The notes beneath the pieces were generated by a model, which worked only from the letters and a program-made list of their open reading frames with translations, ran no database searches and was not told the origin of the DNA. 64,000 nt of DNA, taken from Lepidodermella squamata (lineage: Eukaryota > Animalia > Gastrotricha). This document shows positions 60,010 to 64,000 of this stretch, piece by piece (position 1 is the first letter of the stretch; each line of letters opens with the position of its first letter). The DNA lies in assembly GCA_047495785.1 (NCBI GenBank), contig JBLDXI010000019.1:124001-188000 (forward strand). Direction: 5' to 3'. Both the position numbers and the translations under genes were made by a program.

Positions 60010-60196
60010 CCGTATTTGTTCCAATAGTAGCCCATCCACTAATAATCGCCCATCCCTAATAGTAGCTCAGGGTTGAGGGGTAAAGTCGGGTCGAAAACAT
60101 CAAAAATGAACGATTCGCCAACAATTATTTTTTGAAATTTTCAAAATTTCGAGGTTGAAATTTGAGTAGCCCGGGCTGCTATAGGAACAAATACGG
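60010..60196. mobile_element. Tc1/mariner-pogo-type MITE
   Basis: TA|CCGTATTTGTTCC(A/T)ATAG(T/C)AGCCC ... GGGCTGCTATAGGAACAAATACGG|TA. Confidence 0.85.
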
Positions 60197-60344
60197 TAAC
60201 TAAATTTGATTTTCGGATTCTTGTAGGCAACATCCGAAAGTAGTATTTTGCCAATTATGATGGAAAAGTTCGTTAAATTGATGGAACTGTGAATTAGCAA
60301 AGTCGAAATTCCGAAATCGTCCTTCTCGCCGTGAAGAAAGGGAT

Positions 60345-60807
60345 ATAACACGCTTACGCTCAACGTGTCTGAGCTTTAAAAACTAGCAGACCGAGGCTAA
60401 AAAATGATCGATGATCAAGGTGACTGCCCACGCTGACGAAAACAATGGTTGTCGAGATGGGTTCACACAAACCCGCGCAAAATTTGATGTCTGCGCCCAA
60501 CGATACGCCCCCGTGTAGGAGGGTCGTATCGACTTGATGTTTTCATAAAAAATACTCAGCAGATCGAGCTGCTTAAATATGGGGTTAAAATTCATCGTGG
60601 GCGTTATATGTGGGTGGACAGCTTCATAAAAATGGACTGTTAAATCGATGAGCATCCATCCATTGCGGTCCTAGCGCTTCGCAATATTGATTTCGCCCAC
60701 AATGTTGCCCTTTGAATGATTAGATTCTGTCCTCTAGACCATGGATAATTTCTTAGCCCAGGGCTGCTAGTTCTTAAAACTCAGACATGTTCAGCGTGAG
60801 CGTTTAT
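60345..60807. mobile_element. TIR element; an isolated left end of the same family is at ~59282-59360
   Basis: acgcttacgctcaacgtgtctgagctttaaaaactagcag mirrored by ctgctagttcttaaaactcagacatgttcagcgtgagcgt. Confidence 0.7.
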
Positions 60808-60997
60808 GCTTCCATTGTAAGAGCCACTATCCTGTTAGATCCGACATGATGTATGTTAGAAATACTTCTACAACTACTCCATCCTCCATCACCTCTAAAA
60901 GCCTTTTAACCTCGTTGATGATCGTAACATAACTACATTCATTTTAACCACAAGAGGCTGTTTGTTCAACAGAAAGCTTGATGCAAGCAATTTCAAA

Positions 60998-63900
60998 ATG
61001 TTTTTGAGAATAACTATTTTGGCTACATCACTTTTACTTGGTAAGTTTTTAAAAATAAATGGAATAAACAGGAATTCCTGGTTTAATTTCAGGTTCGACC
61101 CAAAATCCTGACACAGCATCCCTGCCCTTGCCGAATCCTTTCGCCGGAACACCAGCACTACAGTCAAGCGTTTCGTTCACGGCAGCGAGTTCAAGCGCAG
61201 ACACATTCAGTACGTATGAAATCGGATTTCATAACAATACGTACATCGACTTTACGAATCAAACGCAATATTACGGACGGCTGTCGCATGTAAACGTAAG
61301 ATTTTTCTATTATGGAGGATAGTATCGCGATTCTAATATTTCAGAGTTACCCACTTGGTACGTCCAACTGGCGCGCTGAGATTGACGTCTACACGGAATA
61401 TCAATACAATTCAGCTGCCTATGCCATGGCTGGCATAACTTTCTCCTCAACATCATCCGAATGGGAATCAAGTGCGTTTCAATCATGCTCTAGTTTTTGC
61501 ATAAATTATGCCATCCTATCAGGTTCCGCAAAACGAGGACGGCAAATTACGTCCCCTGGCGTTTCCGGGCTAGCGATATGGGTGGAGCTTGGATTTGGTG
61601 GGCGCGTTTACGCTTCGATGTCTACCACAGCAGCTTTTGGCGACATGCCCTTGAGTCCGCTGATTGCAGTTTCGAACATGGGATGCGGGGCTAATAATGT
61701 TTTCCCTACAACATCGGGATCAGCGGCTTTTCGCTTGTTTATACAACTGAGCAACGAGCAACTCACGGTTAGTAACACTATCCCTACTATTATGTGAGAC
61801 AGGCTGTTTACTGATGACTAAGCAAACAAGATAGCTCACCAAATCACTGAGCCTGAGTCTATTACTCTGAGCCTGAGCTGCTCAACGTCTGAATCCTGGT
61901 GACTTCAAAATCCCTATCAGGCTGCCACCCCTACCGAATTATTCATTTTCATTTTGCAGTTAAGGATGTAGGAAAAGGAAAATTCTGAAAATGTGCGTCC
62001 ACATTATCTATTATTACCCAAGTTGTATCAGAATCATAAGGCGACCCCGGTGGGTCGCGGGGGTTGCGACTCTATGTTTGAGAAGCGCCTGTGTAATACT
62101 AGCCCTGATTCATGAACCCTAAACAATTTCATACCATTTCGTTTTCATTAGACTGCTATAGCGCCGCTTCCTGCGGATGGAACTACGCCAGTATCAGTTT
62201 GCTTCTCCAACGTTACTGCAAAAGGAGCCAAGAATATAATATCAAGCGGCGATGTCAAACCTCGTTTCGTGGCTCACAACTTGGATTTAGGTATGTTGGG
62301 ACTTTCAATAAAACGCAAAAATCATGGCTTTTTTGTAGCAAGTTTCAGATTAGGAAAATACAACTTCTGGCAATTGACTGCAGGCACAGCCAGCGCGAAA
62401 CCGCCAACGAAACCTCCATCTTGCCCGGGTTCAAATAGTGAGATTTTTTGGCCTCATTACGTTATAGTCAAGTTGGAAATTATTTCTTTCGATTTCAGTT
62501 ACAAGATATTATACCCCAGAGCCGGATAGAAATTCAATCTCCCTTTCGGGCATCACTGCACTCTATCGTTATGAGACGTCTTTTGATAGTCTAGACCGTT
62601 TGATAATGATCGGGCCGAAGGCATTTTTTCCTTCTCAAGTTGAACGCAAGGAATATGGATATCAGATGAATAGCCCGCTGAATGACTCTGTTGTTGGCCG
62701 AGTCGAAGTCGGAGTGAGCCGTTTGAAGAGTTTTTGAGATGCAGCTGAATAATTAATTATTCCTTCCAGATACTTATTTTCAAGAATTGGCGAATCGAAA
62801 GTGACTTGTTCTTCGTATATAACGCAAATTCGACTTACCCTGGCTGGTTCGCTTTTATGCTGGCTACGATTTACCCGATTTATTGTGAGCTTAGGCCCAG
62901 TTACTGACATGATAAATTCATCTCGAATTTTCACCAGCCGTTAGCGCGAACAGTGATAAGTCAGTAACTTACTCCAACCTCTTTGATGGCGGATTCTCAC
63001 TTTGGCAAGAATTAAAACCAAATGGGAAGTTATATGTGAGGAGGGCTAGTGATGGAACTCTGCCAGACCCATCGACTCCCTCTTTTACGGGTTGCAGCAG
63101 TCTGTTTACGACTTCGGGCATATTGATGGTTCGATTCACTGCCCAAACCATCGATGATTACTTGACTGTGAGATGAACATCCTAAATTTGTTCATTAAAA
63201 TTGAAATTTCGCGCGATAGGTATCAATGACACCGATTGTTGGAAACTGCCTCATGACAGCATCTACTTGTTTCAGTAATTTATATATGCCAGGTTTACGC
63301 ACGACAGCTGAAACAAGTCAGGCAACCTTTCGCTTTGCAGGAGCGATTGGGACTGCCGGTATGTATGCTCCATTTACCCCCCTCTAACTCAATCTTTGTT
63401 TGAAATATTAGGCTACTCGTTTGTGAAGGATATGTTCAACTGGGGCCTGACTTATCCGTTGACTTCTTCGACTGAGTCTTCCTCATCAACTACCACCACT
63501 ACAACTACTGCTGCTCCTACAGTCTCGACTACTACATCAACTGAGGACCCAAGTACATCACCAACAACATTAACAGATGATATTAGTACCACCAGTTCAG
63601 CTGCCCCCACGACTACTACGACATCAAGCTCGTCGACAAGCACTACTTCAACTACAAGAACAGTTACCAAGTCAGATTCATCAAACTCAACTTCTGGATC
63701 GATAACCAAGCCATCTGCTAACACGACCTCAACGACCTCTACGACCCCGAAAACCTCAACTGTTGCATCGACTTCAACCACAAATTTCGGATCTACTTCA
63801 GCAAGAGAATCGACCACAACTACGATGTCGAGCTCATCATCTGCTACAACGCAATCACAAGCTGTAGTTACTTCAGCTATTATTCAATCAGCTTCCAGTT

Positions 63901-64000
63901 CTACACAGATACCTGGTACAACAACTGTCATCCAAACGACAGCAAGCGCTGGCGCATTGCTACTATCCATCGAAAATCTGAGTTCAATATCGGCTGATAA
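60998..64000 (+). CDS. Multi-exon secreted or cell-surface protein: two related globular domains then an S/T-rich mucin region; runs off the window
   Basis: Signal exon MFLRITILATSLLL|G; successive GT-AG-bounded exons splice in frame; last visible exon (from ~63412) encodes TSSTESSSSTTTTTT... Confidence 0.75.

Noticed and set aside
62013-62024. ATTACCCAAGTT resembling nematode SL1 leader
   Set aside because: Only 12 nt, no following donor or Sm site; intronic; chance match.
63452-63817. Val-rich minus-strand ORF
   Set aside because: Antisense of the Ser/Thr-rich mucin exon.

Overview
Eukaryotic DNA, most likely from an invertebrate animal with a compact genome (short ~50-nt GT-AG introns, T-rich ...AG acceptors, AATAAA signals); the taxon cannot be fixed from sequence alone. 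The window holds about 11 small two-hydrophobic-segment dispanin/CD225(IFITM)-like genes, 5 tail-anchored microproteins with PPxY and/or NPF motifs, 2 laccase-type multicopper oxidases, 2 MARVEL-like genes, 2 ankyrin genes, 2 C-type lectins, an EBP/EXPERA-like gene, a beta-mannosyltransferase-like gene and a lectin-like mucin gene. It also holds Pol III genes (2 intact and 2 broken tRNA-iMet, tRNA-Glu, tRNA-Thr, two 7SL/SRP RNA genes), a decayed Sola-like transposase and many MITEs. Best leads: (1) each 7SL gene lies exactly 71 nt downstream of a different tRNA gene with unrelated spacer sequence, suggesting tRNA-dependent 7SL expression, and the two cassettes converge on a laccase gene; (2) both 7SL copies have a UGAC rather than GNRA helix-8 tetraloop; (3) a tRNA-iMet gene is split in its T-arm by an insertion that looks like the 3' end of a non-LTR retrotransposon, possibly tRNA-targeting. 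All family assignments come from motif recognition by eye; no searches were run.
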